Of a stretch of DNA of 64,000 bases, positions 28,797-41,450 are shown piece after piece. Source of the stretch: an uncultured Planctomycetota bacterium. GTDB lineage: Bacteria; Planctomycetota; Planctomycetia; Isosphaerales; Isosphaeraceae. The notes under the pieces were generated by a model. The model saw only the letters and a list, made by a program, of their open reading frames with translations. It did no database searches and was not told where the DNA came from. Numbering within the stretch: the stretch's first letter is position 1; each line of letters opens with the position of its first letter. The position numbers were made by a program, and so were the translations under genes. The stretch is taken from positions 1,088,001 through 1,152,000 of the forward strand of contig CAWGMQ010000003.1 in assembly GCA_963823665.1 (NCBI GenBank), written 5' to 3'.

Positions 28797-29075
28797 ATGC
28801 GGCGGGTTTGTCGCCGAGCGCACTTCTCGGGCCGGGTCCAAGGTGTGGGATTTCGGTTCACGTGCCAGTCGCTGGCGCGCGGATACGAAGTCGCGGGCCA
28901 CGTGCGAAACTTGCCTGACGGCGACGTCGAGCTCGTGGCGGAGGGCGAATCGATCGAACTGGACAAATTCTTCGCAGTGATCGAGCTCGAAATGAGCCAT
29001 TACATACAAAATGTGGACATCTGCACCGTATCGGATGACTCCGAGCCGCTATTTGGATTCTCGATTCGCCATTGA
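28797..29075 (+). CDS. acyP: Acylphosphatase
   Basis: [10 protein letters not shown] and [17 protein letters not shown] signatures. Confidence 0.95.
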   Translation: MRRVCRRAHFSGRVQGVGFRFTCQSLARGYEVAGHVRNLPDGDVELVAEGESIELDKFFAVIELEMSHYIQNVDICTVSDDSEPLFGFSIRH

Positions 29076-29184
29076 TCACACACGTCAATCGAACCAAGCA
29101 GCGTATAGATCATAACCGGCACTGATTTCCGGTACCGGAGTTACTGCGCACTATCTCTTCGATTCGGACTAGATCAGCATCATC

Positions 29185-30003
29185 ATGAAATCAATCACCA
29201 TTGCTCTTGCGACGGCCAAAGAAGCGATCCGGCAGCCCGCGTTTTTCGTGATGGCGTTCTTCGCCGGAGCGCTCCTGGTCGTGACGATTTTCGTGTCCTA
29301 CTTCACGTTCGGTGAAGACATCAAGATGTACAAGGACACAGGGCTGACGACGATCTCGTTCTTTTGCATGCTGCTGGCGCTTTTGACGGCGAGCTCGACG
29401 GTTGCGGACGAAATTGAGGGAAAGACGGCGATTACCTTGCTTTCAAAGCCGATCACGCGGCGGCAGTTCATCGTCGGCAAATTCCTGGGGATCGAGCTGG
29501 GGGTGCTGGCGCTCTATGTCCTGCTCGGAGCCTTGTTTGCCGCCGGGGTGTGGTACAAGTTCGCCTACGATACCCGGGAAGCCGGCGGGATAACCGACGA
29601 AGTCAAGAGGTGGGAGCAGGTGATGCAGATCCTGCCGGGGCTGGCGCTGGGATTCTTCGAGGTGACGGTGCTGACGGCGATCAGCGTCGCGATTTCGACG
29701 CGGTTGCCGATGCTGGCGAATCTGGTGGTGTGCATCCTGGTGTTTTTCCTGGGGCATTTGAGCCCGGTTCTGGTTGAGGTAGCCGATCAGAGGCACGTGA
29801 ACGCGCTCGTGGCGTTCATGGCGAAGTTATTCGCATGGGCGCTGCCAGCGCTCGAGTTCTTCAATGCCGGCCCATCGATCTCGACCGGGGCGGTCATTCC
29901 GTGGTTCGGCTATGTATTGCCTGCATTCATCTACTGCGTGTTGTACAGTGGAGCAGCGGTCTTATTGGCCTTTATCTTCTTCGAGGACCGTGACCTGGCC
30001 TGA
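29185..30003 (+). CDS. ABC-2 type transporter permease
   Basis: Multiple TM segments; ADEIEGKTAITLLSKPITRRQFIVGKFLG; C-terminal FEDRDL. Confidence 0.85.
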   Translation: MKSITIALATAKEAIRQPAFFVMAFFAGALLVVTIFVSYFTFGEDIKMYKDTGLTTISFFCMLLALLTASSTVADEIEGKTAITLLSKPITRRQFIVGKFLGIELGVLALYVLLGALFAAGVWYKFAYDTREAGGITDEVKRWEQVMQILPGLALGFFEVTVLTAISVAISTRLPMLANLVVCILVFFLGHLSPVLVEVADQRHVNALVAFMAKLFAWALPALEFFNAGPSISTGAVIPWFGYVLPAFIYCVLYSGAAVLLAFIFFEDRDLA

Positions 30004-30020
30004 CGAAGGGGATTGTGCGC

Positions 30021-32068
30021 ATGCAAGCCGAGGGGTATCGCCGGGCACGAAAACTCATGACATCGCGCGGTGATTACATCGTCGCGCGGGTTTTGGGGTT
30101 TGTGCAATCGCTGTTGCTGGTTGTTCTGCTGGGCATCATCTCGATTTTCGTGTCGGTGCTGGCCTCGCGGGGCGAGGCGCGTTTTCCGCTGCGCGCCGTA
30201 GGCCGGCTGCCGCAGTGGGTGAGCAGCCGCGCGACCGGCGAAGATGCCCGACAGACTGTGTTCACGGACACGGGCGTTTTCCCGCTCGCCGCGCAGGGGC
30301 CTGCTGGCCGAGAATCCGGTCGAGCGTCTGCCGGCACAGGCCCTTGTGGGGCTAACTCGCGTGCTGCCTTCGCTTGCGAAGCAACCTGGGCGCACTTGCG
30401 ACGCTGCTCGGACTGGGGCTGGTCTGCATCATCCTGATCGCGGGCATCGGCGATCTGGCGGCGAACAGTGATCGCGCGGGCCGCCACGGAAGTCGCGGCT
30501 GCGTTACGGCGGCAGATCCATCGCCAGATGTACCGGCTGGGCCAGTCGTCGCTGCCGACCGAGGGGGTCGGGCCGGTGATCAATTTGTGGACGCGGGAAG
30601 TCAACGACATTCGCGACGGGGTGATGGCCGACCTGGACGCGACGCCGCGGCTGCACGTTCTGGCGGGAGGACTGCTCATCATCGCGCTCCTGGTTTCGCC
30701 GATGCTCACGGTCTTCCTGGCGATCGCTGGGCGTACTGGTCTGGCTGATCGCGCGGGTGCTCGACCGGGACGCCCGGCAGGCGAACGAGATCGCGCTTCG
30801 CGACGCTTCAGTGCAGCTCTGCCTGCTCCATGAAGACCTGGGTCTGCTGCGGACGGTGCGTGTATACGGCGTTGGCGAATACGACCGGCAGCGTTTCGAC
30901 GAGCATCTCGAACGGTACCAGCAGGCCGACACCAGGCGGATCATCACGAGCTTCCCGCTCAACCCGAGCACGGCCTTGCTGTACGGGGCAGGAGTGGCGA
31001 TTGCGCTCGGGCTGCTCGGCTACAACGTGATCGTGAACGAGCTGATCACGTTCGCCACGATGCTGATCCTGCTGGTTTCGCTGGCGGGGCTTGCGTACCC
31101 GGTCGCCGAGTGGCTGCGCATGACGAAGACGCTTCGCCACGCCAACCGCTCGGCGCGGGGCGTCTTCGAGTTTCTCGAGCGGCGGCCCGAGCTTCACCAG
31201 AACGTGGGCGCGCACTTCCTGAACGCGCTCAAGGAGCAGATCACGATCGAGAACGTCGAGCTCGAGAGCCGGTCCGGGCCGATCGCTGCTCGAAGGGGTG
31301 TCGCTCGAGATTCCGGCAGGCTCGCGCACCGCCTTGATGGGAGACAACGACGACTCGAAGCTGGCTCTGGCGTGCTTGATTCCCCGCTTGATCGACCCAC
31401 GATCAGGCCGCATCTTGATCGACGGCCACGACCTGCGCGACGTCACTCTCGACTCGGTTCGCGCCAGGTCGGCACCGTGCTTCAAGCCGATCTGGTGTTC
31501 ACCGATTCAGTCCTGGTGAATATCGGGCTGGGCGACCCGATGAACACGCTGCCGCGGATCATCGAGGCAGCCAAGGTGACCCACGCCCACCACTTCATTC
31601 AAGACCTGCCGCACGGCTACGACACGATGATCGGGCCGCTGGGGCACTACTTGAAACCCGACGAGCAGTTTCGCGTCGCGCTGGCCCGGGCCTATCTGCA
31701 CGACCCCTCGATCCTGATCATCGAAGAGCCCAAGGCACCGCTCGATGAGCACACGCGGCATTTCATCGACGACACGCTGTCGCGGCTCTCGATCGGGCGA
31801 ACGCTGATCATCATTCCGCACCGGTTCGCCACCGTCCAATCGTGCGACCACGTGATCGTGCTCGCGAACGGCCGCGTCGAGGACGCGGGCTCGCCGGAAA
31901 AGCTGCATGGCCGAGAGCAAGATGTTCCGCCACCTGGCGTATTCCGAGTTCAACGAGTTCGCCAGCGGCGAGATCGAGGCGGGGCTCTTGCATCAGATCG
32001 AGCCGGCGCAAGGCCTGAGCCGGCGCCGGTCAGAACGGCCGACAACGGTGTCGGGCCTACGAAGCTGA
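30021..32068 (+). CDS. ABC transporter permease/ATP-binding protein with degenerate NBD (several frameshifts)
   Basis: Pieces across ORFs 30015, 30374, 30468, 30757 and 31298; IDGHDLR, FIQDLPHGYDT, ALARA, IIEEP, IIPHR; Walker A position reads GDNDDSK. Confidence 0.7.
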
Positions 32069-32098
32069 TCGGGCGGCGAAAGGCCAAGGGCACGCGCG

Positions 32099-32833
32099 TC
32101 AGCAGAAATCGTCGACGGTCGGCGTGATGACCAGCTCGGGCACGTGCGCCCGCGGATGCAGCTCGACCAGGAAACGGACCGCGGCGGCGATGTCTTCGGG
32201 CTGCAGGATGACCGCCCGCCGCTCCGCTGGCACGGGAACGGGGCGGGCGTCGAGGATCGGCGTCTCGACCTCGCCGGGATAGATCACCGACGAGCGCACT
32301 CCGCGCAGTCCCTCTTCCCTGCCCAGACAGATTCCCAGCGCGGCCTGGCCGAACTTCGAGGCCGAGTAGCCTGCGCCTCCCAGCGTGCTGGCGCGAATAC
32401 CCGAAATCGAGCAGATCTGGATCACCAGGCCGTTCCGCTGCTTGCGCATAAGGGGAAGCACGTAATGGAGAACGTTGAATGATCCGGTGAGGTTGGTGGC
32501 GATCATGCGGTCCCAGTCGGCGGGATCGAGTGACTCGAGACTGCGATTCCGGACGTTGGTGCCGGCGTTCGAGACGAGGACGTCGATCGTTCCCATGGCG
32601 GAAGCGATCTCTTCGACAGCGGCCTTGACGGACCTGCGGTCGGCAATGTCGCACGTGGCTATCGGGGCTTTGTCCGGAGTGGTCTTCAGCTCGGCCCGCG
32701 TGCGCTCGAGCTTCTGGCGATCGCGGCCCAACAGGGCGACTCGCAAGCCCATGCTGGCGAGCTGGGCTGCGATAGCCCGGCCGATTCCACTTCCAGCCCC
32801 GGTCACCAGAGCGGTTTGCAATGTTGCGGCCAA
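32099..32833 (-). CDS. SDR family oxidoreductase
   Basis: TGAGSGIG, VSNAG, YSASK. Confidence 0.92.
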   Translation of the reverse strand: MAATLQTALVTGAGSGIGRAIAAQLASMGLRVALLGRDRQKLERTRAELKTTPDKAPIATCDIADRRSVKAAVEEIASAMGTIDVLVSNAGTNVRNRSLESLDPADWDRMIATNLTGSFNVLHYVLPLMRKQRNGLVIQICSISGIRASTLGGAGYSASKFGQAALGICLGREEGLRGVRSSVIYPGEVETPILDARPVPVPAERRAVILQPEDIAAAVRFLVELHPRAHVPELVITPTVDDFC

Positions 32834-32940
32834 GCCGGTCTCCTCTCGAGAAAAGAACAGCCGCGGTGATCCCGCGGATCGCCGCGGCTGTCGGAATAGC
32901 GGACAGGACGAACCCGTCCATCCATCTCACAGGAAACCGC

Positions 32941-34414
32941 TCACGCATTCCAGATCTGAACCTGAGCTCCCGAGAAGATCGTAGAGCTGGGGGGGCTTGC
33001 CTGCCACGCGGTCATCGCCTGGAGAAGCTCTTCGAACTCGGCTTCGGCCAGGTCACTCGAAGAATCGGAGGCCGACGAATTGACCGGCTGACCGTTCACG
33101 TAGACCTGAACGGTGGCCGCCTTCTGAGTTGCTGGCGGAGTCGACGCCACGGGAGGAGCCGGCGGCGGCGGCGGGGGTGGCGGCGGTGGGGGTGGCGGAG
33201 TCGGGATCGAGGCTCGCGCTCTGCAGGATGTTGAGCTCACCCAGCGTGATGCCGGTGACCGGGTCGCTGATCGGCGTTGCACCCTGCTGGAGCCAGGACT
33301 TGATCTGTGCGACGGTGGGCAGGCTGCCGAATCGCGATTGGTAGATGTCCTGAAGCAGCGTCACGCCGCCGGTGACGAGGGCCGCCGCGAAGCTGGTGCC
33401 GTCGTCGGTGGCGGTGCCCGAGTCGCCCGAGGGGGCGGTGAGGCCGTCGCCCGGGGCGGCGATGGTCGTGGCCGAGGCGCTCCCCGAGCGCCGTGCCCAA
33501 TCGTTGGGCGTCGCTCAAGAGATTGTCCGGAGAGGTCGGTTGCCGTCACGCTGATCGTGCCGGCGACGATGGCTGCGAATCCTTCGCCTTGCGATCCGGA
33601 AAAGCTATTGCCGGTCGCGACGATCACGGGGATGTTCATCGCGCGTGAGCTGACCGATCAACTGAGTGATCTGTCTGGCCGTCACCGCCGTCGTTGCCGC
33701 GAACCAGTTCTGGGTGTAGTTTCCGCCGTCGGATAGCGACATGTTGACCGCGGTGATGTTGTACGTGCTGTGGTTCGATGATCACCCACTGCAAGGCATT
33801 CGCGACGTTCGCCAGACTGGCGGTGTTGGTATCGTCGGTGACACGCAAGGCGACAATATCGACGCCGGGTGCGACGCCCAGATCGTTCGGGTCGCTCGAA
33901 GCCGATCAAGCCGGCGACGGACGTGCCGTGCTGCGAGGTGGTGGCCATTGGGTCGGCAGTGCCGTCGGCGAAATCGTAGCCGGCGATGACCTTGTAGCCG
34001 GGCCCGAAGCCGCCGCCCAAGGCTGGGTTGTTATAGTCGACGCCGGTGTCGATGACGGCAACGGTCATGCCGGTTCCGTCGACGTTGTAGGCCGATCGGG
34101 TGGCGGCCGCGCCGGTGATCGGATCGTAGGCGGTCGGGGCGCCGGTTTCGATCGTGCCGGCGGGGCTCTCGACGACCGCGGTGGAGGCCGCAGGCGATGC
34201 CGCTTTCTGCGCGAGCCTCTTCCGGGCGTCGCGCCTGCTGGTGATGATGGTGATGCGCGACGAGGGCGTGACGACTTTCGACTGCCGTCCTTGCGCCGTG
34301 AGCGATCAACTCGCGAGCGCCGGCGGTCGAGAGCAGACAGCGATCATCCAGGAGTTCGAGCTGTGGCCGACGGCGCAATCGGGCTCGCTGGTGTTTTTTC
34401 CCGGTCCATCCCAT
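32941..34414 (-). CDS. S8 subtilisin-family peptidase with Planctomycete export motif (several frameshifts)
   Basis: RRRPQLELLDDRCLLS leader; VAVIDTGVD, QHGTSVAGLI and DGTSFAA triad motifs in different frames; Pro-rich C-terminal linker. Confidence 0.8.
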
Positions 34415-35082
34415 GAGTCGAGTCTCCCCAGACGGCCGCCAAGCCATTGGCACAGGCCGCCCCGCGAGTCAGTTGTGATCGCTCTCCTTCCCTGGCGCGT
34501 CGAGACCTGCGGCCGGCTCGGATCCGGCCCGGTTGATCCCGACGCGGGGAGCCGCCGCGATCAAGCGATCGAGGCGTCTCCTTCAGAGCGCAAGCAATGG
34601 TTGTTTGAGACGGACCACCTGAAGGCCCAGGGCCGGCGGAGAGAGTGGCAAGACTCCTGCGCGATCGAATCCCTGACCTGCGGGCGGATTGCCCGAGTGC
34701 GGAGAACCGACGGCCCTCGGGAGCCACGATTGGGGATCTGGGGAACCTCCCCAACTCTGCTCCGTGGGGACAGCGATTCGAATCTGACCTCCTGTGTCAG
34801 ACCAGGCGGAGCCATTCCACCCGATCCATGCGTTCGAGACCGGCTTGGCCGAGCCCTTACCGTTGCGAATCCTATCGCGCCGGTCATTTCGATCGGACCC
34901 CGGCCGAGGCGCTCCGGCGCCGCTGCCGATCGAGCTCGGAACGACACGTTTCTCACTCCGTCTTGTGCCCCGTCATGAGACCACCTAGAGTAAGATCACG
35001 CCTGCTCAGAGCCCGGTCGAGCACGAGTCTCGATCAGTGCCTCTTGTATCGGACCGGCCCACGGGAGTTATTCTTTAGAATC

Positions 35083-35836
35083 ATGGAAATCGTCGGCGTG
35101 ATCCCAGCCCGTTTCGCTTCGACCCGACTACCCGGCAAAGCCCTTTTATCCGAAACCGGGCGGCCGCTCATCCAGCACGTGCTCGAGGCGGCGCGACGGG
35201 CGCAATCGTTACAACGGATCATCGTCGCGACCGACGATCCGCGCATCGCGGCGGCCGTCGAGCGATGCGGCGGTGAATTCATGATGACCCGCGCCGACCA
35301 TGCGACCGGCACGGACCGTGTGGCCGAAGTCGCCGCTGCGCCTCGAAACTGCGCGAGTGATCGTGAACCTGCAGGGCGACGAGCCCGAGATCTCCGGCGC
35401 GGCCCTCGACCGCGTCGGTGGCGCTTCTGGACGAAGACCCCGCGGCACCGATGGCGACGCTTGCCACGCGCGATCCGCGATGAATCGATCTATCGCGATC
35501 CCGCCTGCGTCAAGGTGGTGTGCTCGAGTGCCGGACGTGCGCTGTACTTCTCGCGCAGCCCGATCCCCCATCACCGCGACGGTTTGCCCGATTCCGCAGC
35601 CGGCGCGGGCCCAATCGCTTACCTGCACCTGGGCCTTTACGCCTATCGCCGCGAGTTCCTGCTGTCGCTGGGCAAGCTGCCCCCGTCGCGACTCGAGGCC
35701 GCCGAAAAGCTCGAGCAGCTTCGGGTGCTGGACGCCGGGATACCCGATCGCCGTCGGGATCGTCGATGAGCCGAGCGTCGGCATCGATACCCCCGAAGAC
35801 TACCGCCGCTTCGTGGCGCGGTGGAACGCGGGGTGA
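35083..35836 (+). CDS. kdsB: CMP-Kdo synthetase (frameshifted)
   Basis: IPARFASTRLPGKAL, HATGTDR, VNLQGDEP, ALYFSRSPIP, HLGLYAYR, EKLEQLR, GIDTPED. Confidence 0.9.
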
Positions 35837-35956
35837 GTCGAGTTGCCTGGCGCCGCCACAATCCCTATGATTGCGCCGTGATGCGCATCCTGATTCAACA
35901 AGGCACGGGCCTCGACGGACGCGGTCGCGGGCTCGATCCCGAAAGGCTTAGGAGCG

Positions 35957-36882
35957 ATGAGTGCGGATCTGGCACTGAAACCGCCGCTGGCTTCGATCAC
36001 GCAGCGGATCGTCGACACATACGACACGTGCGGCGCGATCCACCACCTGGGCCATTGCCCTCTGCCGAGCTATCGCGAGGTGGTCGACATCCTGGGCGAT
36101 CTGCGGGAGATCCTGTACCCGGGGTACGGCCGGCGGCAGAATCTGAATCGGAGCCAACGTTGCGCGACCATGTCGGCAAGCCTCGTCGAGTCGCTGCATG
36201 ATCGGCTGACCGAGCAGATCGCCCGCGCTTTCCGCCATGACTGCGAGGCCGGGGCGAATGCGACGAACCCGCTGGCAGAAGGCCGAGGGAATTGCCATTC
36301 GTTTTCTGGATGAGATCCCCGAGCTGCGACGGACGCTCGCCGACGACGTGCAGGCCGCGTTCGACGGCGACCCGGCGGCCAAGAGGGCTCGACGAGATCA
36401 TCTTCTGCTATCCGGGCCTGGGCGCGGTGACCGTCTATCGCCTGGCGCACGTGCTCCATCGCCTGGGCGTGCCGCTCATTCCTCGAATGATGACCGAATA
36501 CGCACACGGCAAGACGGGCATCGACATCCACCCCGGCGCCACGATCGGCCGGCGATTCTTCATCGATCACGGCACGGGCGTCGTCATCGGCGAGACAACC
36601 CAGATCGGCGACGGCGTGAAGCTCTATCAGGGCGTCACCCTCGGCGCTCGATCGTTCCCGCGCGACGCGCAGACCGGCGAGATCGTTCGAGAAGCCAAAC
36701 GCCACCCGACGATCGAAGACGAGGTGGTGATCTACGCCAATGCCACCATTCTTGGGGGCGAGACCGTGATCGGGCACCACTCGGTGATCGGCTCGTCGGC
36801 GTGGATCACGCGCAGCGTCGCGCCCTATACGACCGTGACGATCGAAAGCCCGAGCATGCGTATTCGCGAAGGGACCAGTTGA
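35957..36882 (+). CDS. cysE: Serine O-acetyltransferase, CysE/EpsC type (frameshifted)
   Basis: [49 protein letters not shown]. Confidence 0.88.
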
Positions 36883-38226
36883 GTCGGTGATCAAAGGTCA
36901 TCGATCGGCTGGCGGGCTTGCCTGAACTCTCCGAAGTCGTCTCTGGGGGTGAAACCCGGTCGAGCAGCACGGCGACGGTCATGTCGCCCAGCACATTCGA
37001 GGTGGTGCGGCAGCGGTCGAGCAGCCAGTCGACCGTGAGCAAGATCGGGATCTTCTCGGTGGGCAGACGGACGGCGGCGAAGATCAGCGGCATCGTCACG
37101 AAGCTCCCCGACGGAATGCCGCCGGCACCGACGCTGGCGACGAGCGTCGTGAGCATGATCAAGATCTGGTCGGTATGCTCAAATCAAAACCGAGAGCCTG
37201 CGCCATGAAGAGGACGGCAGTCGCCATGTAGAGTGCCGTTCCGTCGTTGTTGAAGTTGGTGCCGATGCACGCTGTCAACTGGCTCGAGCGCCGCGAGATG
37301 CCCAGCCGCTCGAGCGATCTCAGCGTGATCGGGATCGTGGCGGCTGTGCTGGATGTGCTGATTGTGCTGGCCATCACGTCGAGCGACCCGCTCAGAAACC
37401 GCACCGGCGACATCCGCGCCACGACCGCCATCTGCAGAAGATACCAGAGAACCTGCAGCGACAGGCCGAGGACCACGACGACGATCAGCCAGAGCAACGA
37501 GCTGAGGACCGCCAGCCCCTCTTTCTTGCCGACGCTGGAAGCAACGATCCCGAAGACCGCAAACGGCACCAGAGCCACGACCCAGAGCAGCACCTTCATC
37601 AATAATTCGAAGCCGATTGTGAGCAGGTCGACGACGACCTTGAACGAGGTTTCACCCCTCGCCTTCTGCTGTTCACGAATCTTCACGAGCCCGATGCCCA
37701 GGGCGATCGTCAAGACGACGAGCTGGGCGAGGTGGTTCTTGGTGAAAGGCTCGCCGACGCTGGTCGGGATCAGATCCAGGAGCAAGTCGGTGGCGGTTTT
37801 CTTGGCGATGGGCGCCGGTGGCGACCCCGGCTCGACGAACGCGGCACCCTTGCCGGGGTTGATGAGATTGGTGAGCGTCAAGCCGATCGATCATCGCGAC
37901 CAGGGTGTTGAGCAGGTAGAAGGCCATCATGAGGGCACCGAGCCGGCCTTTGACGTCGTTGGTGACGATCGCACTCAAGATCGCCAGCACGACCAAGGGC
38001 GCGGCCAGCGCCGTCAGGGCGCGGAGGATCACCGTGGGCAAGAAGCTCGAGTCGCGCGGCACCGTCGCCCCAGAGCAGCCCGGTCGGAATCGCCAGCGCG
38101 ACCGCGAGAATGACCCAGACATAGAGCGGAAGACCCGCGATCCGGCTTTCGGCTCTCCTCGTCAGCGGTCGCGGCCGCCGGTGCTGGGTCGTTGTTTTCG
38201 ACTGGTGCGATCGGCGACTGGCTCAT
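36806..38226 (-). CDS. Dicarboxylate/amino acid:cation symporter (frameshifted)
   Basis: [46 protein letters not shown]; 3' end uncertain. Confidence 0.85.
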
Positions 38227-38376
38227 CAAAATCTCCCGGGCGAGAATTCCACCGGACACCTTGCCCCCGGCCGGTGCGTTCGATGGAATGTGGAATTATG
38301 GCGGCTCGCGGCTGCGGATGCGAGTGGTGGGTTACGAGGGTAGGCGTGAGCTGATCGAGCGGAAGTCAGCGAAATC

Positions 38377-39138
38377 GTGGACGTTTGTCACGTATACCCG
38401 TATGAAGTCGGGGACGGTCCAGCGAACATGGCGCTGGACGAGGCGCTTCTGGAGGCAGTTGGGCAGGGGTGAGCCGACGAGCGGTGCTGCGGGTTTATGG
38501 CTGGTCGGTGCCGACGCTGAGCCTTGGATATTTTCAGCGGTTGGCGGAGGTGCGGGCCGACGGGCGTTGGTCAATGACGTGCCGATTGTGCGGCGGCCGA
38601 CGGGCGGGGGGGCGATCTGGCACCATCACGAAGTGACCTACGCGCTGGCCGTGCCGGAAGCGCCATCCGCTGTCGCGGCCGAGCACCCGGCTTTACCGGG
38701 CGGTGCATGGGGCGATATCAGATGGTTTGGTGCGGTTGGGTATCGGTGCGGTTCGGTCAGGAGAAGTTTTTTCTCCAGGAGATTGTGGGCGCAGCCGACC
38801 GTTATTATGCTTTACTGACCGTAGTCCGGAAGATATCGTTTGCGAAGGTACCAAGATCGTGGGAAGCGCGCAGCGTCGGCGCTGGGGGGCTGTCCTCCAA
38901 CATGGATCCGTGCTACTGGCTCGATCACCCGGACGCCGGAGCTTACCGTGGTTTGAGCGATGTCGCGAATGCGATCAGACGATCCGAGAGAGTGGTCCGG
39001 CAGGTTGGTGGAATGGATCACGAAGGGCATCAGTTTGCGTCCGATTCCTTCGAGCATCCCCGAGGCGATTCGGGAGCAAGCGGCAGGCGCGAGAGGCAGG
39101 ACGCTACCGAGATCCGGTCGTGGACGGAAATTCGGTAA
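38377..39138 (+). CDS. Lipoate-protein ligase / octanoyltransferase family (frameshifted)
   Basis: DGPANMALDEALL, VRRPTGGGAIWH, KIVGSAQRR, LQHGS. Confidence 0.82.
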
Positions 39139-39538
39139 TTAGATTGTTGCGAGTTAGAGTTACTATCTTTAATCTCCGAAAGATTAAGTTACAATGATAG
39201 CGCTCGGTCTGGGGCGTGCCGCACGACCGCCTTTCAGCAGTGTTGATCTCACTTCAGCTCGATTGCAGTTTTTACGCCCCTGGGGGAAGACCATGGTCGA
39301 GGGGAGGGGTATGGCCGCGTGGACAGTCGGCGCAGGGTCTTCACGCGTGTCGGTCGGTGCTGGCGCAGCCATGACGGTAGCGCGCAGGCGCGATCGCTGC
39401 TGGGCGGACGGCACATGGCGGCTTTGATATCGGGCATTGCCTTCATATATACATTCGTGTTCCCCGTGTTCTCCTTTAGAGCGTTGGTGTCGGCGCTGAT
39501 CCCTATCGTTGGAGACCATCGAGGTCGGGACGATTTTC

Positions 39539-40358
39539 ATGAAAGTGCAACTCGTTGTCGTTCGAGGCAAACCGGAGGGTAAGGTGATCCCGCTGGTCGG
39601 GCCTCGGTTCAAGATCGGCCGGGGCGAGACCTGTCACCTGCGGCCGAATAGTGAACAAGTCAGTCGAGAGCACGCCGAGTTCGCGATTGCCGGCGAAGTC
39701 GTGAGTGTCAAAGACCTCGGCAGCCGAAACGGCACATTGGTCAACGGCAAGGCGCTCACGACCGAGTCGTGTCAGCTCAAGGATCGCGACCTGGTCCAGG
39801 TTGGGCCGCTCACGTTTGCCGTTTCGATCACTCAGGACGCGGATTCCGTCGAAGAGCAAACCACCGAGTCAACCGGCGCTCGGCGCGGCAAGCCGTCATT
39901 GGATGATGTCAGCACCGATGACATCGATTCCTGGTTGGTTGGACCGAACACTCCGTCGGCGGCCGATCTGCCGACGGCCGTTTATGGTGGCGACACGATC
40001 ACGATCAATGCCTTCAAGGCCGACGGGCGTGCCACCGGCCAAGCCGGCGACGCCGCCATCGGCCAGCGATGACGAGTACGAACGTCAGCCCGACGACCTG
40101 GATGAAGAGGAACAGGAACCGTTCGACGAGAATGAGGACGACGATCAAACGCTCGCCGAAGGTGCGGAGACCGTCGCGGAATCGCCCGAGGAATTCATGG
40201 ACGAGTCGAACCCATTCTACGCTGCGAAGAAGGCCCAGCAGCTTCAGGCCAAGCAGGGGCCGGCCGGTCCTTCTAAACCGAAGTTCAACGACACCTCCGA
40301 CGCGGCCGGCGACATTCTGCGCCGGCTGATGGAGCGACGCCGAGCTGAGAAGTCGTGA
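39539..40358 (+). CDS. FHA-domain protein with acidic tail (frameshift near 40020)
   Basis: IGRGETCHLR, VSREHA, DLGSRNGTLVNG; tail DTSDAAGDILRRLM. Confidence 0.85.
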
Positions 40359-41420
40359 CCTCTGCTGCAGATCCCGAGCCATCCTTTGACGTTCTTGGAG
40401 CAGCTCGCCGAGCCATCCGAGCCGACCGCAGAGGTCGATCACTGTGGCCCAGGCCGGACTGGTCCGGCTGATCGAGCGCATCGAAGCACAGGTGGTCGGG
40501 CCAGCGACTGCTGCTGGAACGGCTGATCGTTGCGCTTCTGGCCGGCGGCCACGTCCTGATCGAGGGAGTGCCCGGCCTCGCCAAGACCCGGGCCGTGCGG
40601 GCACTCGCCCAGGCCTTGTATCTTCCGTTCCGGCGGATTCAGTTCACACCCGACTTGCTGCCGGCGGACCTGACCGGCACCCAGATCTACCGGCCCGCGA
40701 CCGGAACGTTCGACGTTCGCCCCGGGCCGATCGTGACCAGCGTTCTGCTCGCCGACGAGATCAACCGCGCACCGGCGAAGGTTCAAAGCGCGCTCGCTCG
40801 AGGCGATGCAAGAGGGCCAGATCACGGTCGGCGACGAGACGATCGCGCTGCCCGAGACGTTCTGGGTGCTGGCGACCCAGAACCCGATCGAGCACGAGGG
40901 GACTTACCCGCTTCCGGAGGCCCAGCTCGACCGCTTCCTGATGAAGCTGGTGGTCGGCTACCCCGATCGCGAATCCGAGCTGCGCATGCTGGACCTGCCC
41001 AGCGTTTCGGATGCGCCACGCCCCGACTCGGACACCCGAACGAGCGAAGAGCCCCCGCTGTACGGGCCGACGGAAGTTCTTGCGTTTCGCTCGCTCGCCG
41101 CTTCGATCCGGATCGCGCCGGCCGTTAAAGAATACATCGTCGACCTGGTCCGCGCGACTCGCGACCCCGCGGCGTTCGGGCTTCCGCTGGCGCCGCTGCT
41201 GGAGCTTGGTGCCAGCCCGCGGGCCACGATTGCACTCTTGCGAGCATCACGGGCCCACGCCCTGCTTGCCGGCCGCGATTTCGTGACGCCGCACGACGTC
41301 AAGAGCTTGGGCCGCGACATCATGCGCCATCGTATCCTCGTCAGTTTCGAGGCGGACGCCGAAGGGCTCGGGCCCGACGATATCATCCAGCGCATTCTCG
41401 ACCATATTCCAGTTCCGTGA
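40355..41420 (+). CDS. moxR: MoxR family AAA+ ATPase (frameshifted)
   Basis: [64 protein letters not shown]. Confidence 0.9.
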
Positions 41421-41450
41421 GGGTAGGACGACGTAACCGCCGGTGCAGCC

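Noticed and set aside
33150..33210. CCG-rich repeat
   Set aside because: Encodes the poly-Pro linker of the S8 protease.
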